Below, piece after piece: positions 15,001-30,300 of a stretch of DNA of 64,000 bases (position 1 is the first letter of the stretch; each line of letters begins with the position of its first letter). Position numbers and translations under genes: made by a program. This stretch comes from Tubiluchus corallicola (Eukaryota > Animalia > Priapulida). The notes below the pieces were generated by a model. It searched no databases. It saw nothing but the letters and a program-made list of their open reading frames with translations, and was not told the DNA's origin. Location: positions 113,908-177,907 of the forward strand of contig JAQGDQ010000328.1 of assembly GCA_030141605.1 (NCBI GenBank), given 5' to 3'.

Positions 15001-18000
15001 AGCCTAAATTCCTGGGAGCCTCTAGCGTTCCTTTAAAACTGTGGAGTTGCCAAATCCACATATGAAATTAAATAGTCGACCGATGACACATTGCAGCAGA
15101 CTACACAGCTAAATGTAGATTTTTTTCAAATATTAATGCCAGTAGAAACCTGAATTCGTCCATCTGCCTTTACCTAAAAGTTATGTGGCAATGAAGAGGT
15201 ATCTCTGTGCTTTTATAATCTCTCTAGTATTTGATAGGACATAATGTGATTGGAAAAGTGTTTGCAATTTTAAAAACTAGCAAAGAACACTTGCCTTCTG
15301 TACAAAACTCTCCATAATAATAATCGAAGCAATCACAGGTAAAAGCTAAACAGTCTTCGCTGTCAGGTACGCACACAGAATTTGCGGAACAGGGATTTGA
15401 TGCAGGTTCGCAAGCTGAAAATAAAATGCATTTTCGTAAGTAGATTACATCACCACAATGTAATATTTACATTTTCAAATGTTTTAAATGTCATAGACTC
15501 ACCATTTTCTTCAGTTGTCGCATTCACTTCTTCAAACATATCCTCATTTTGTCCCACTTCATTAGCAAACCAAACAGTGAACAAATACGTAGATGCACAC
15601 GTCAACTCATCTATGACGACATCGCTCTCGGTTACACTTCCCTCTTCCACTGTGCTGCCATCTGGTCGTTCCAAAACATAATTGTACCCGACGAACTCGC
15701 CATTGCGTCGACAACAATCAGCAGGTAAAGCCCAGGTAAAAGCGAGGCTGTCTACACGAGTTTCGCTTACATCCAGATCCTCAACAATTATTTCTGGAAC
15801 TAACATAAACAAAAGCAAACTATACCACTTCTACTGCACCACAAAATTGATTTGTATTATTTAAAGCACAAGAAAACCCTCCATTTATACAAAGCTTAAA
15901 TATTTGTCTTGATACAGGGTTTGCGTCGGCAGTAACGCTGCATAAAACATAACTCCCGCGATGATCGTTAGACGCAGCCATATTGACGATAAGTCATTTG
16001 AACAAGTTTAGAGAACAATGAATAAAATTTTGTCCGTCAAAAAACATGGCCATATCATGCGTTCCCTGAAAGAACGATTTTAATAATTATTGAGTTTTAC
16101 ATTTTAAAATTAAATAATGCACTTTAATGTGACTGTGCCAAGTAGGTACATGAACGAACAAAAAATTATAGAATTCAGAGGCCGGGTGCGCGATAAAAAA
16201 ATATTGACCGGGCAATTAAACAGAAACCGAAATATTTTATTGTCGGCCTAATGAATTTAGCTAGCTGAACAAATGCTTTTTAAGTATTTGACCAAGTCGC
16301 AAGGAAACTGAAAAACAAGAATGCTCTGATAACTTTCTTGCAAATTGAGAAAACTGCTGTCTTTCGGCCACGTCGCTAAGATTATCTGTAACAATAAACT
16401 TAAATGCACTTACATCCGGACAAAGTTTGACTCTCAACACGTTCTTTACTATAAATTGCTTCCCCTCCATCCACCGTTGTTCCCCAAACATCGACGTCAA
16501 ACAAGCTGTCGCCACACAGATTCTCCAGCACCATTTCCGTAGTAACACCGTCATCCGTTACTCTTTCAATTATGTCCACTTCTGGAGTGCCAGTGAGACA
16601 AGAGATGGACACTGGTCCTTCATACGACACGGTGTAATGCTGAATGACACCGTTTGGTTCAAGAGGTTCTTCCCAGGTAACACGGATGCTAGATGATGAT
16701 AAAGCTTCAGCCTGTAGACCCTCAACTGGTCCGGGAGCTGGAAAACAAAAAATAAATGGCACATCAGACGCATTTGTCCCGGGAGGTCGTGGGTTCAACT
16801 CTTGACCGGGTCATAATAAAGAATTGGTACTGCTGGTTCTTCAACCAAGCAAGCACGTTTATCGAAGCAACATGCAAATAATAATAATCAGGACCACCGT
16901 GGAAATAAGTATTGAGCTATTTAAAGTGTTATCCTTGCACTTATGTCCTAAACGAAATCATTATTATTATTATTTGTCAAACGTAAAACCTATAATACTA
17001 TGATTAAGGTGTCTTGCATGTAACTTCCAGTGTCCAGCATGTGGCTTCCAGTGTCCAGCGTGTAGCTTCCAGTGTCCAGCATGTGGCTTCCAGTGTCCAG
17101 CATGTAGCTTCCAGTGTCCAGCATGTGGCTTCCAGTGTCCAGCGTGTGGCTTCCAGTGTCCAGCATGTGGCTTCCAGTGTCCAGCGTGTGGCTTCCAGTG
17201 TCCAGCGTGTGGCTTCCAGTGTCCAGCGTGTGGCTTCCAGTGTCCAGCGTGTGGCTTCCAGTGTCCAGCGTGTGGCTTCCAGTGTCCAGCGTGTGGCTTC
17301 CAGTGTCCAGCGTGTGGCTTCCAGTGTCCAGCGTGTGGCTTCCAGTGTCCAGCGTGTGGCTTCCAGTGTCCAGCGTGTGGCTTCCAGTGTCCAGCGTGTG
17401 GCTTCCAGTGTCCAGCGTGTGGCTTCCAGTGTCCAGCGTGTGGCTTCCAGTGTCCAGCGTGTGGCTTCCAGTGTCCAGCGTGTGGCTTCCAGTGTCCAGC
17501 ATGTGGCTTCCAGTGTCCAGCGAGTGGCTTCCAGCATTTTGCTTGAAGGCTTCCAGGTCTAGCGTCTAACATTCACAGGGCAATAAGTCAACAACAAACC
17601 ACCTGGCATCCATGTTCTTCGCAGAAAACAAAATGGACGAGAGTATCAAATTCATTTTTGCAATACTTTCATTTTTACGTTATTCATTTGCACAAAAGTT
17701 CACAGACTTAGTCATCAATGGTTGGTTAATGAACAGACGCTAGTACTTGGCTTCCAGTGTCTGCTGCAAAATTCTTTTGTTTCATTGCTTGTGGTCAATA
17801 TGTTCTTTCTCGCTTGTAAACGCTGGAAACAGGCTGGATGAATCACAGGCTTTAAATCTCGATAATTTCAATTTCCCTTCAAATCATCGATGTGTCCGGC
17901 AAAATTACACATAGAGTTCACACCAAGATAAAGTTTATTAAAACCAAATACGTAAAATGAAGCATACATGTTTCACATTTGTGAGCTTACATACCAAAAC

Positions 18001-21000
18001 CGTCCAAAACTAGTAATGCAATTGTAAAAAACTCCTATTTTCAAACTCCGATAGTAGCTCCTGGCAGCTGTTTTTTTTGCTTCAGGTTTTTTCTGCTGCC
18101 GACCTCAGACCTTCGTCAGGAAGAGCCATCTACTGGATTTAAACACAACTTCAGTGTGCTCTTGTGAAGTCTGTAGCAACCAACATTTGCGCGGATGCTA
18201 AGTGTTTTGTAGAAACATGACAAAAAACAATGGCTAACTTTAACAGTGATTTTTGCAAGATTATGTTTTTCAGTGTGCAGCCTGCACTTCAACTTCAATG
18301 TGGATTATCTCAGCTTAGAAATAACATAGAGCAATGAGCTTAGTATCAAACTGATCACCACGAAATGGAGTCACGGGGTATGTGACTAACTAGAAAACCT
18401 TAGTTGCCAACTGATGGACGATTTTGCTATGCAAGCACACATTTATCATATAATTTTAAAAGATTTTATAGTTTTTAAAGCTAGTATGTCTTCTGATTTT
18501 AATAATTCACTTTACATCAGTTTTTTATACTGAAACAGGCACGAGTTTTGCGTGAATTTATTCACTATGTGTGTCAAATATGCACTCAGTCAACTGAAAA
18601 ATTTCGTATTCTGGCAGGATACATAAAAGTAAAGTAAACTCGCACTTATTATAAATGGTACTAGAACCAGAAAAGATTAAAATCTCGCAAAACTATCTTA
18701 TCGTTTCGTCTTCTTCAAATGTGACTTTCATTTTGAAATGGTACTTTAGATGTAAAATCATTTTCGTGTCCACAACCATGTAGACGAGTGCCACCAACTG
18801 TTTACTTACTGTTCACTAGGACACTGGGTTTCATTCCACAACTGTGCCATGCAAAAGACAGGAAGGGATACCTACTGTTTCAGTGACATGCATGCAAAAC
18901 TATTGCAGAAAACTGTAATGAAAATAGCCTGTCAGCACTGCTGCCAGTCTTGCAAGCCTGTTCTTCGCACAAACTAACATCAACGCATGTAAAAGCATTG
19001 ACAGTAGCATTTTACACAGCATAGACTGCAATGAAGAAGTCACACTCTTTGCAGCTTGAACCTGCAGCTTGAAGGCCAGACAGTCTTAGCAATTGTACAA
19101 ACTAGTCCAGTGGGTTACTCGCTTACTGGCACTTTTCTATCCGACTGTTTAGATATGTGACTTAGAACACCATTTATTTATTATTGCTATCGAATCCGTT
19201 TTGTATCATAAAAATTTAGAAAGCGATAATGCTGTTGTGATGTAACAATATAAAAAATGGCTAAAAGCTTATTACTCGGAAAAAACCATAATGAGAACAG
19301 CTGCCTGGCAAAATAGATGGCTTTATAGAGTTACTTCATAAGCAAGTAACCCAAAAATATTTGGCTCAGCTGAAACTTTCCACCTTCCAGTAAAGTTTGA
19401 CATACCAGCAGATGGAGTTGACTGTGTCTGATAGTCACTCCACTCACTCCACGCCTCCTCCTCGGGTATGTGGTCATTCTGAAATCTCACGCTGACCTCG
19501 TAGTTTGTGTATGGTGAGAGTCCGGTCAGTACATAGATGTCCGTTACATTTGCCTGTACAATGTCAAACCGGGAATCGCCCACAGCTCTATAGCGGATTT
19601 CATACTGAGTTACAAGACGACAATTCCGGACTTCAGCTGTTGGTTCCTGTTTAAGTTGCAAGAGAAAACAAGCAAAATTAAAACTTGCAACTTACACGTG
19701 TACATCCTCTGTAGCTTACCGTATATACTTATGTACAAGTCGAGTATTTGGGAGGCGATTTTAAGGTGAAATTTTTGGGGTCGACTTATACTTACGATAT
19801 GTTTTTGGGAGATGTCGCTAAAGAGTCATCTACAATTTGAATATGTAAAGAAATAATCCTTCATTACACGCTGGACTGAATGAACACTCATACTGTAATA
19901 CTTCACATCAGAGAATATTCACATTTTGACATTACTTCACAAAATTAACAGATATTATTGTTATTTAATGTATGTGAAATAAAGTTAAAATTTATATATT
20001 ACCGGTAAATAAACAAGCGATGAAGCATTCGATCAGAACATGGAAATCGCCAATGTTGTGCAGGTGCTGCCGCCTGTCGGCTTCCACGGTAAGTTTTACA
20101 CTGGCATTGCATATGCGTGTTTTATTGGCAAAATATCGATTACCAGCATACACGTATATTACTTTGATTTATTACTCGGCCATTGTTGAAATCATTTACT
20201 CTGGAAGATCTTAATATTTTATGGTCGAATTTTTCACAGATAATATATAAAATGATACAATTCTTGGTCTTAAAATGCACATCAACTTGTACATAAGGTC
20301 GACTTGTATACACGTATATACGGTAATTTTCTGGTTAATAATATTTTTTCATGCAAATAAGCTATTTTGATGTTTCTTGCAAAAAGTGTTAATTTAGCTA
20401 GGAGTTGCACATTGCAACCAGAACTTAGTTTTGCAAAGAAAAGAAATGTTTCTGATAAATAAAAGGTCTTGTAGATTTGTTGAAAAGTACGACAGCTTAC
20501 GTCAATCGATGTACTCGCATCTATAAAAGAAAACTAGCATTATCTAGTACCTGTAATGTGACAGGTATTGCAGCCGTGTTGTCTGCAGCATTTTCTTCCA
20601 ACTCAAGATACGAATCGCCGAGTTCCGGTGCATCCAGACTGGACAGTGGTGCTACAAAGAAAAACTTATTCAGAAATTTATCAAAGGTTCACTGACCCTT
20701 AACTACATTGCTTTCAAATACATGTACGATAATAGTCTTATACTATGCAAACAGTTCTCTTTACAACACAAGTCCTGTAATCTGGTCTAACCATAAACCT
20801 TACAGAAACAGTTCTATCACAAAAACAAGAATAACAATTAATATAGCAGATAACTAAGGCTATGCTTAAGATCGGCATTTTTAAGTATTAACAAAAAAGT
20901 TCCACACAAACACAATTTCCAAACAAGAATTTTAACTATCTTTTATGAAATTTATTGCCTCAGTACAAACTTTCGTAGTACTCAGTCGCACACAAATTGA

Positions 21001-24000
21001 TGACACAAAATATGCAGTAAAAAATTCAGTCGAATCTCACTTAAATCCCCAATACCTTTATTTAGATAGACAAAAATAACTCCAATATTTTTTAGCAAAA
21101 CAAAAGTCCATATTTGCATAGACATGTATGCATTAATGCGCCTCGTTATAACGGAAAATTTGCTTAATGCCAACTTTTTCGCAGTCCCAAAGTAGGTGAT
21201 ACAAAGAGGTTAGAGCTGCAGCTTCAGCAACACTTAAATCAGTCAAACCTATTTCTGACGTTTGCATGAAAAACACCAGGGCTAAAAGGAAAAACCAAAA
21301 ATTGATGTTCCATATTCTTTCTTAGATTTTGCTGTGAGTTAGCCAACTTGTTATCTTGTTTCCACCATTTCTTCTTTTTCATTGACTTTGTTCACAAAAA
21401 GTTCCTTTAGCCAACGTCTACGAGTAACTAATACGTCTAAGACTGCAATGCACTGCTGATGAGGGGAACAGACAACTGGTTACGAAGTGCATTTATTAAT
21501 CAAAGTTAAATACAGCTGAAGTTGGTCAGTTAGCAGATGGGTGACTGCGTGGAAAACTGCCTTTGCGTGGTTCTACTAGGTCTGTACTCTAGTGAGGATG
21601 TAAACAACTGGCCAAGATATTTCCGCCATTTTGCAGACAGAGAAAAGACCTTCACCCGGTGTCTTTTCATACAAACACTCTCGGCTCCACTGTTGGCAAA
21701 ACCATGTATATAAAACAGATCATGCCAAAGAATGCTAGATCTCAGCTTTCAAAAAACAACTTACTTCCACATTTCGTAGTAAACTCCGCAGGTGGTGACG
21801 GGGCGCCCTCTCCGGTTTCACCTGTTATGATATCAGACACTATACTGACATACACACTGTACGTCACCTCAAGAGCAAGTCCTGTTAAATCGCACGTGTA
21901 CGTTTCCTGATCCGTCGCCGTTACTTCACAAGCCGTAACCTCTTCAGCAACTCCGACTTCATTGTAACGCACGATGTACGTCAGCGGAGTTCCTTCCCCA
22001 TTATCACTGTTGGGGTCCCATTCATTCCAACTCACAGTTGCAATATAGGCATTTATATCTTCGTCGGCCAAAGTTGGAGCAGCGCTAAAACTGGGAAACT
22101 CTGAAATTAAAATGTAAATTCTAATATAAACTTTAACTGGATATGCAAATGACTGGAGGGGGGTCAAATACGCAAACGACATACAAAATTTAGTTTTCAA
22201 AATTTAGCATCCTCCTCTACTACAGCGGGGTGGCGCTGAAGCTGGGATATTCTAGAAGACAGAATATCATCCGCTAAATGTTCTTATTTCAACGCAACTA
22301 ACCAAAAATAGAGCAAACCATAATATTTTCAAATGCAAGTTTGATTATGCAAAGTATATGACCTTAGCAAAATTATATTCATCTTAAACTTTACGTGTCA
22401 TTTTAATAAAAATTGGGAAATTTATAACAATTTATTACAGAAAAAACTGTTCACAACCTCTTTGTGCAACTGGTTGGTGACATCGACGTTGATGAAGTCA
22501 AATTAACCAAATAAAAGAGTTACAGTATGACACCTTGAAAGCATGGCTTGTTAAGGTGGCACAAAGGAGTAAATGAAAAAATGGTTAGGGTTAGTAGACA
22601 TGATGGAATGGAAAAAATAGTAAGATTAGGGATAGGAAGAAGGAAAAGAGGAGAAGAAACGACCACAGTGCATGTTTAATTTACTTACAGGTATATTAAA
22701 ATAGCATTATAATTGATTGGAGGCCATATATTGCGACTGAATGAGATATGGAACCATTAAAATTGTATTATAAGTATGAATCAATAATGGCCCTTTTCAA
22801 GTACTTTTTGAAACTATAAATAGTTTTGTGTATTTTTACTGGGGCACTTATTTTATTCCAGTTATTGGGGGCTGTGAATTTAATAAAGTGCCTGGCACTA
22901 TTAGTACGACAGTAAGGGACACGATATTCGGTGAACCTTGTAAAGTAATGTTTAGGATTTGCTGTAATGGGATTTGCAAAGGAACTGCATACGGAATATT
23001 ATGGCTTCAGTTTCCTCCATTAGTTTCAAGATCTAACTCTAGCGGAAAAATAACATTATTTAAACTTTGCAGCAAATTTATGAGCCTTGAGCGATTCGTA
23101 GATACCGTACTTAAACAGAAAACTTTGAAAATCCAAATAAGAGCCAAGCAACATAACTAGATCCGCAAAAAAAGCAAAAATTACCTATGCCTGTGGAGTA
23201 TACACTCATGTGCTCTCCATTTCCACCTCCGCAGAATTCCAAATAGCTAGTGAACCGCACGCGAGTGGAGCCGGAACATATCGTGTCGCATGATTCGTCG
23301 GCCACTTTGTCAAATTCCGCGTCGTCCAACAATCCGCAGCCGCAGGTGTTGTAGTTGATCATGAAGGCGTGGTGATATCCTGCCAGGTAAATGAGATCTT
23401 CATCAAAAGCAGGTAGACGTAATGCAAACTTTGTTAATTAATTATTACTAATTAATCTTTCAATCACATAGAAATTCGTATACATTCGTTACAGGAAGAC
23501 AGGATGATTTTTCATATACTACAACATTTTCAAGCATGATAAAAAGTATACATCTTAACACAATTAATACTGCAAAACACTTTGAACAAAAACAGGTTGT
23601 CTAGAAAATGTATAATAAGGTTTCGTTGACTTTCATCATAAACACTAAGTGATGTTTATGTTGTCTTGTTGAACTAACTTCCTCTTTCTTAGTTCATATC
23701 CGGTATAATTGCAACTATTCGTCAATAAATCTAATCTAATCTAATCTAATCAAATCTAATCTAATCTAATCTAATCTAATCTAATCTAATCTAATCTAAT
23801 CTAATCTAATCTAATCTAATCTAATCTAATCTAATCTAATCTAATCCAATCCAATCCAATCCAATCCAATCCAATCCAATCCAATCCAATCCAACCCAAT
23901 CCAATCCAATCCAATCTAATCTAATCTAATCCAAGCTCTATAAAAAATTCATACAAATTGTTCAGCAACATCAATTTCAACATAGAATAGGTTTGCGCAT

Positions 24001-26673
24001 GCATCAGAACAGCGCAAAACAATTCAGAAGCACATTATTGCAGTTTTAGGGAATAGGGAATAACTAATGCAGGGCACCACATCATTTTCCACCTTGGCAA
24101 GGTAACAGAGAAGGTACAAAACTAACTGTCTCAGGATTCCCACAGAATTTTAAAATAAATTTCCCTGTATTTTCCCTAACAAAATATTGATTTTCCATGA
24201 CCAAGATAAGCAGAAATTGCATCACCAGTATACATAATCATACATTTTTCTGTATGAACATTCATAGATATACTGATAATAATGTGTCGGCCAATCATTA
24301 ATTTTGGAACAGAAATCTAAACTGGGAGCCTGCCATAGCAAAATTTTACTTCAACACGAATCACTGAAAAATACGTTTGGAAAAACGTCGGTTCACAGTG
24401 ATTATTTTTGCAACCCTTTCCAATTTCCCTGACTCCCCCCCCCCATTTTCCCAAATGTTCCTATCATTTTCCTGACTTTTTTTACCAAATTATCTTTTCC
24501 CTGACTTCTCCATGACTTTCCAGGATAGTCTGTATTTTCAAGGATTTTGTAGGACTTTTCCTGACTGTGGGAACACGGCTGTGTACAACTGGTACGTGAA
24601 AACAACACGAGAGATAATACCATTTTCTCGGCAACGAGGAACGCACATCTCTGGATGAACTGTAGCCAGCGTCAGACTAAGATCTTGATAACGGTTATTG
24701 TTGGGTCTATTCGCAGCGCTATTCTTCAGCGTGTAACAACCAACAAGTTCTCCAGCATCCACTGAAGAGAAAAAAGCAAAGATTAGAACAAAATTGTGAG
24801 TTGATGGCATTTTCAACTGAGAAATCTTTTACTTAAAGGAAGAGCGTATGATTTTTCATACACTACCCCATTTTCAAATCCGGCAAAAAGTATGCATTTG
24901 AACACCAATAATACTGCAAAAAGCATTTCAGATAATTAAATAATAGATTAAAATCTTAATTAATGGCGGGCAAGCGTAACTATTAATGACACCGCAAACT
25001 AACACAATTTTCAACAGCAAAAATGTTCAAAGAGCGTGTTGCATGGGTTTGCGAACCGAAAATTGAACTACAGTGCTACTGCAAGATATTTTGTGTTGTA
25101 GTAAAACTAGGCAAGTTTTAAGATAAAAATTCAAATTTTAAATTTACTGGTGTGCTCACGCACATCTGCAGTGAAAGGTACAGCACCTGTTTTTGTGTTT
25201 CCGAAATGCAGGCGCTAGTGCCCGTCTAGCTAGCAAACGGCGAAATTCATGTAACAGCGAAGAACTAGTGGCGTGAACGTGAAATTGTGTTTGTGTTTGT
25301 GTGGTAATAATTCTTCCATGTAAGCCGTTTTTGAAAAAATAGTATATTTCCTTTCAATATTTTAAACGAGTAGATTGTTTGTCCTACAGTTTAAGAAAGT
25401 TCGGGTTTTGTGTTAACAAAGCGTTGATAAACTTCGTTAATTAATGCTAACAGAGAGCTGTCAGGTACAAGACTTCACATTTTATAGCATTCAAAGATAT
25501 GTTCAAGTTTCTAACTCTTACTACAGCCGACTTAATGCTTCCATCAATAACGACATCACTAATTTAAACCACAAAATTCATTGTCTTTTTGAAACAATAG
25601 TGGTGATGGTTTTTATGAATGTTTTAAATACAGTTCTATTGTAATTGCAAAACTGTGAAAGCCATTTTCGTATTGTAAATATAATGGAGAATCGTTAGTT
25701 TATTATTTTAATACAGTAAACTCCACTTAACTCAAAATCACATAACTCAAATTTTCGCTTAACTCAAAGAATTTCAGTTTGGAACGGATCAAATCCTTCG
25801 TTTTTCCAACAAAAACGTCGTTTAACTCAGAATATATAACTCAAAATTTTGCCAAACTCAAATAAAAAAATCATGGTCTATTTACTTCACCTAACTCAAA
25901 AATGCAATTTATATTCTAGAAACATAAAAATTTCGTACAACTAAAACACAGTATCGTCTTTCAGGAAAGGTCTGATATCTTACAAATCCAGTGACCATAT
26001 TATTTTTTCCGGAATTGATCGGAAAAGTCTCAATCGGCAATGTGAAAACAATCACTCTGTTGTCATTGTCTGTTCGAATTCAGTGTCTAACTCAAAATAT
26101 CGCCTAACTAGTTTTTTTCGGTCCAGTCGGGTTTGAGTTACGTGGAGTTTACTGTATTTTACTTTAATATTATAGTGCTTATTATTTTGTTTAATCAAGT
26201 ATGAGATTACATAAGATGTCTGCATTCACGTATACAGTACATGCATAAGACTCATTTAAAACAGCATTCTGTTTGCATTTCTCTTTAATTACCTCCAGTA
26301 TAATAAATCTGATTTGCTTCCAAACCGCCACATGTCTCTCCCGGGTCCTCACACGGTTCGTTACACGGTTGCACAGCCGCACCGAGCGTGCCATATACGT
26401 TTCCACACCGGCACTCTACCCCTGTCGACTCGTTGAACACGCCCAGGCCGGCATAAGTAAAGAATTCATCCCTAGAAAAGGTGAACAGCCACACTTTAAG
26501 CAACAAACTGCTTCCGAAACAGAAAAACAAATGACAAATTCACAGCAAGACAAAGAAAAAACTGCTTAAAAGAATGAAAGAAAAGAAATTTTAATCAGCT
26601 CTTTAAATTGCAAATTTTAACTGTTATAGACTGCAAGAACACATCCTCCTCCTCCTCCTCATCATCATCATCG

Positions 26674-26716
<43 letters not shown>

Positions 26717-27313
26717 ATGAATTTACAAATGCACCGTTTCTAGCCAGAAAAGTGGGTACAGGGTTATAAAATCAGATTTTTTGGTATTTTTTGAACATTT
26801 TCTTGACAAGCGATGAAATTTTTGGTGCATTCTACTTTGAGACATCATAATGTAATTTTAACTGTGCCGACTTATCGACGGTTTTGTTTTGCAAGCAGAC
26901 ACATATATATATATATATATATATAAATACAAAACTAGAGCAATAAAATATGAGTGAAGTAATCATGTAAGCAAACGTACCGACAAGCCGTCTTACACGC
27001 TTCACTACCACTTGATGAATTTCCATCAGAAGGAGACCAGGTTAAATCAAAGCTATCATCAGCATCCACGGCTTGCCAACATCCTCGCATACTTGCATCT
27101 GCATCCTTCAGTTCTTGAGAACAAATTTTTAATGTCAGTAAAAGTGCAAAGATAATTTACAAATTCCATGTTTTCAGCATCAACTTCATAACTTTTTCCT
27201 TCTATTTTACTCAGTCAACTATTATTTCTGCATCTACAGCAACATGAGACTAGGTTGTGCCAATATGGGCAAATTCAAACAGAGAATCATGTAATAGCTG
27301 AGTGTCCATTAAC

Positions 27314-27375
<62 letters not shown>

Positions 27376-30300
27376 GTAATAATAATAATAATAATAGTAG
27401 TAGTAGTAATAATAATAATAATAATAATAGTAATAGTAATAATAATAATAATATCAATTATCATCATCATCATCATCGCCATCACCATCATCATCATCAA
27501 TATTATTACTATTATTATTATTATTATTATCATCATCATTATTAATCATTCTCAAAGTAAAATGGCGAAAAAATGGCAATCAGCTTTCTCAATAGCAATA
27601 TTTTCGGCAATCACATTAAGAATCACAGTACAGGTAACCTGCCTAATCTGTCCCACACTCTCAAGTTCATGAAACAGATTTTCATGGCTTTTCACTCCAT
27701 AATACTTACTCTGACACAGGATGTAAATCCAGAAAATGTTGTTAGCAGGCACTGAAACAACGTCAAAACTGACACACAGGTGTCATGTCCATGCAATGGA
27801 CCAGCAGATTTGGGTTGTATTGTTTTGCCTGCGTTCACCTCTAACCTAACTAAATCAACGGTTTTATTTACACTACGCAGAAGATAAATTGTGGATGTTC
27901 TTAATCTGTTTTCCGCCTTTGACAACTTTCTCCATTTATATCTCCATTAACACTGCAGGTAAATATGTGGATTTATTTTGCATCGTGTGTCAATAGAAGC
28001 ACACTGTAAGATCCCCAACAGGTAATGGAAAGTGCCCTGTAAGGGCTGTGCTCTATGTCTGTAATGTCTAAGCATTGTGATGGGAGGGGTATATATTCTG
28101 TTTACATGCCAAAATAACTCCAATCTTTGGACTGAGCTCTGAGTAGGCCTGTAACAACACATGGATTAATCGATGCATATCTGCCAAAGTGCACCCCTAT
28201 CATGAAAATCTGAGTCAATAATATTTAGCAAACTAGCTTGCGCTTAAACCGCATGCTAATAAAAACAATGTGAAGTAATCTAAATTGCAGAGAGATGGTA
28301 TGAAAAATTTGTACTGCTTTCCTTTAATACAATGTAAGCTAGAAAAATCTCACTTGGTCACTGAAGCCAAGTTTCTGTTTCAAATGCTTAACTCACTTTA
28401 TCGTTATGTTATTTGATCAGCGCATTTCAGCTTGTTAGAATATTTTTACTACGCCGTTTCTTTTGAGAAACCCTGCACAAACGTTTCTGGGTCACTGGCT
28501 GTCGAATTTTTATTCCTAAGCGGTGTATTTTTCATGTAGAGAAGCTGAAGTGTGGTGAGAAAGGTCAGTAGAGTGTACACTAGATACCTCTCAATCAGTG
28601 CAGTGAGCAATAGTTGACTTGACACAGGCAATGCTGGCAGCCAAAGTGATGAAGATGCAAGGTGTTTAATGTGCAGTAGGCTAATAACATTGCTTACATA
28701 CAAACTTGTTAAAATGGCAAAAATGAACCAAAAATACACAAGCAAGTTTTAAAGTTAAGTACTGATGAGTTTTGCTTTTCTGGTCATCTTCCAACGTAAA
28801 CAATAACCCAAACATTATACTAGTTATAAATAAAAACAAAACAGTTTGCAGAATTATTTTAGCATTTAGCAATTTTAAAACTGTTGACTGACAAACATGT
28901 TTAGCGTTTATTATTGACAGATTCATATAGTTTCTTTGCAAATATTGCAAACGTTAACTCAGGTGTATCGTGATACACAGCGTATCGTGAGGTTAGTATC
29001 CTGATTTGTATCGTATAATGACCACCATGTATCATTACGACCTTAGCTCTGAGATCAGAACACTGGAGATAAGTATGGAAAGTGCAGTACCTGTACAGGT
29101 CTTACGCGTTGTCTTACTGTTTATATAAGAACGGGAGCTAAAAGGCACAGGAAGAGCAGAGTATTTTCTGCTTATTGTAAATGCGGTTAAAGATGACAAA
29201 TTGGCACAAGTCTGTCAACAAATCTGCCTACTTACTATCAGTGCTGTACACGTTGACTGCGTCGTGACCACCGCAAGTGTTTGTCACAGATGATTCGCAA
29301 AGAAATTCGCAATTGTTCGAAATACCGAAGTTGCCGAAGCCATTACCGCAGTAACATAGCTGCTCGTTGCTCAACGTGTCGTGGAAGGCCGCGGAAAACA
29401 TGTATTCGGACAAAGTACACTCATCACGGCACAGCGTGTGAAAGCTCGTGTCGGCCGAGGGTCCTGGAAACACTTGCAAGGGAAACTCAGTTTCGTCGAA
29501 GTTGAAGCAGCCGTCGAAAGCTACGCCATCATTAAATCCTTGAAAAAAAATTACAGACATGATTAAGCAAAGACGCTGTGATCGAATAAGCATTTATTGA
29601 TTAACAATGTCCACAGAAAGTAATGTAAAAGAATTGAGATCCATTCCGGAAGCAAAAATCAGTGCTGCTTAAATCACATACAAAAAGTCATACATCAAAC
29701 GTTTTATGAGTTTTATTCATATTTTTACTAATTAATTTCTTTCTGTTTCTTTGAAACCACATATCTTTTTTACCAATACCTAGCTAGACTTGCTAGCAGT
29801 CTTTTGAAGCCTGTTTATACACAGTTAGCAGTTAAACACTGACTATGGAAAGCCAAGCCCTACATGAAGCGACCTTAAGACAATTTCAGGAAGTACTAAC
29901 CCGGTTATTACAGCAACAAGTTGCAGACAAAATTCTTTGGCATAAAGTTTTAAACTCAGGTGCCTGGAGGTGTATAAATTGGCAAACTAATCTTGCTTGA
30001 TTCAAACCGCTAAAATTTAGTATGTAGTCAGTCGGGAAGCAAAAGCAATATAATAATTGCACTGTTTAGGTTACTCATGCGTTTTCAGAACAAAATTCTG
30101 CTTTGTACCACTTTAGTACTTCAAATTACTTAAAAAAAGATCTTCATAAAATGAAAATTGATTTTGTGCAAAGCAAAAAAATCGTTGTTAAAATGAAACA
30201 TGCATCGTTAAGTGAGAAAAAGGTGACAAATGTTCAGCGTTGTTAAAACGAAACGTCATTGAAAGGGGAGTCGTTAAGCGAGGGTTTACCGTAAAAACAT

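Noticed and set aside
15382-16696. Plus-strand ORFs opposite FN3 exons (also 1787, 21659, 29281, 61883)
   Set aside because: Antisense shadows of real minus-strand exons
16970-17572. Long heptapeptide-repeat ORFs (HWKPHAG etc.)
   Set aside because: A 21-bp minisatellite open in several frames on both strands; flanking exons join in phase without it
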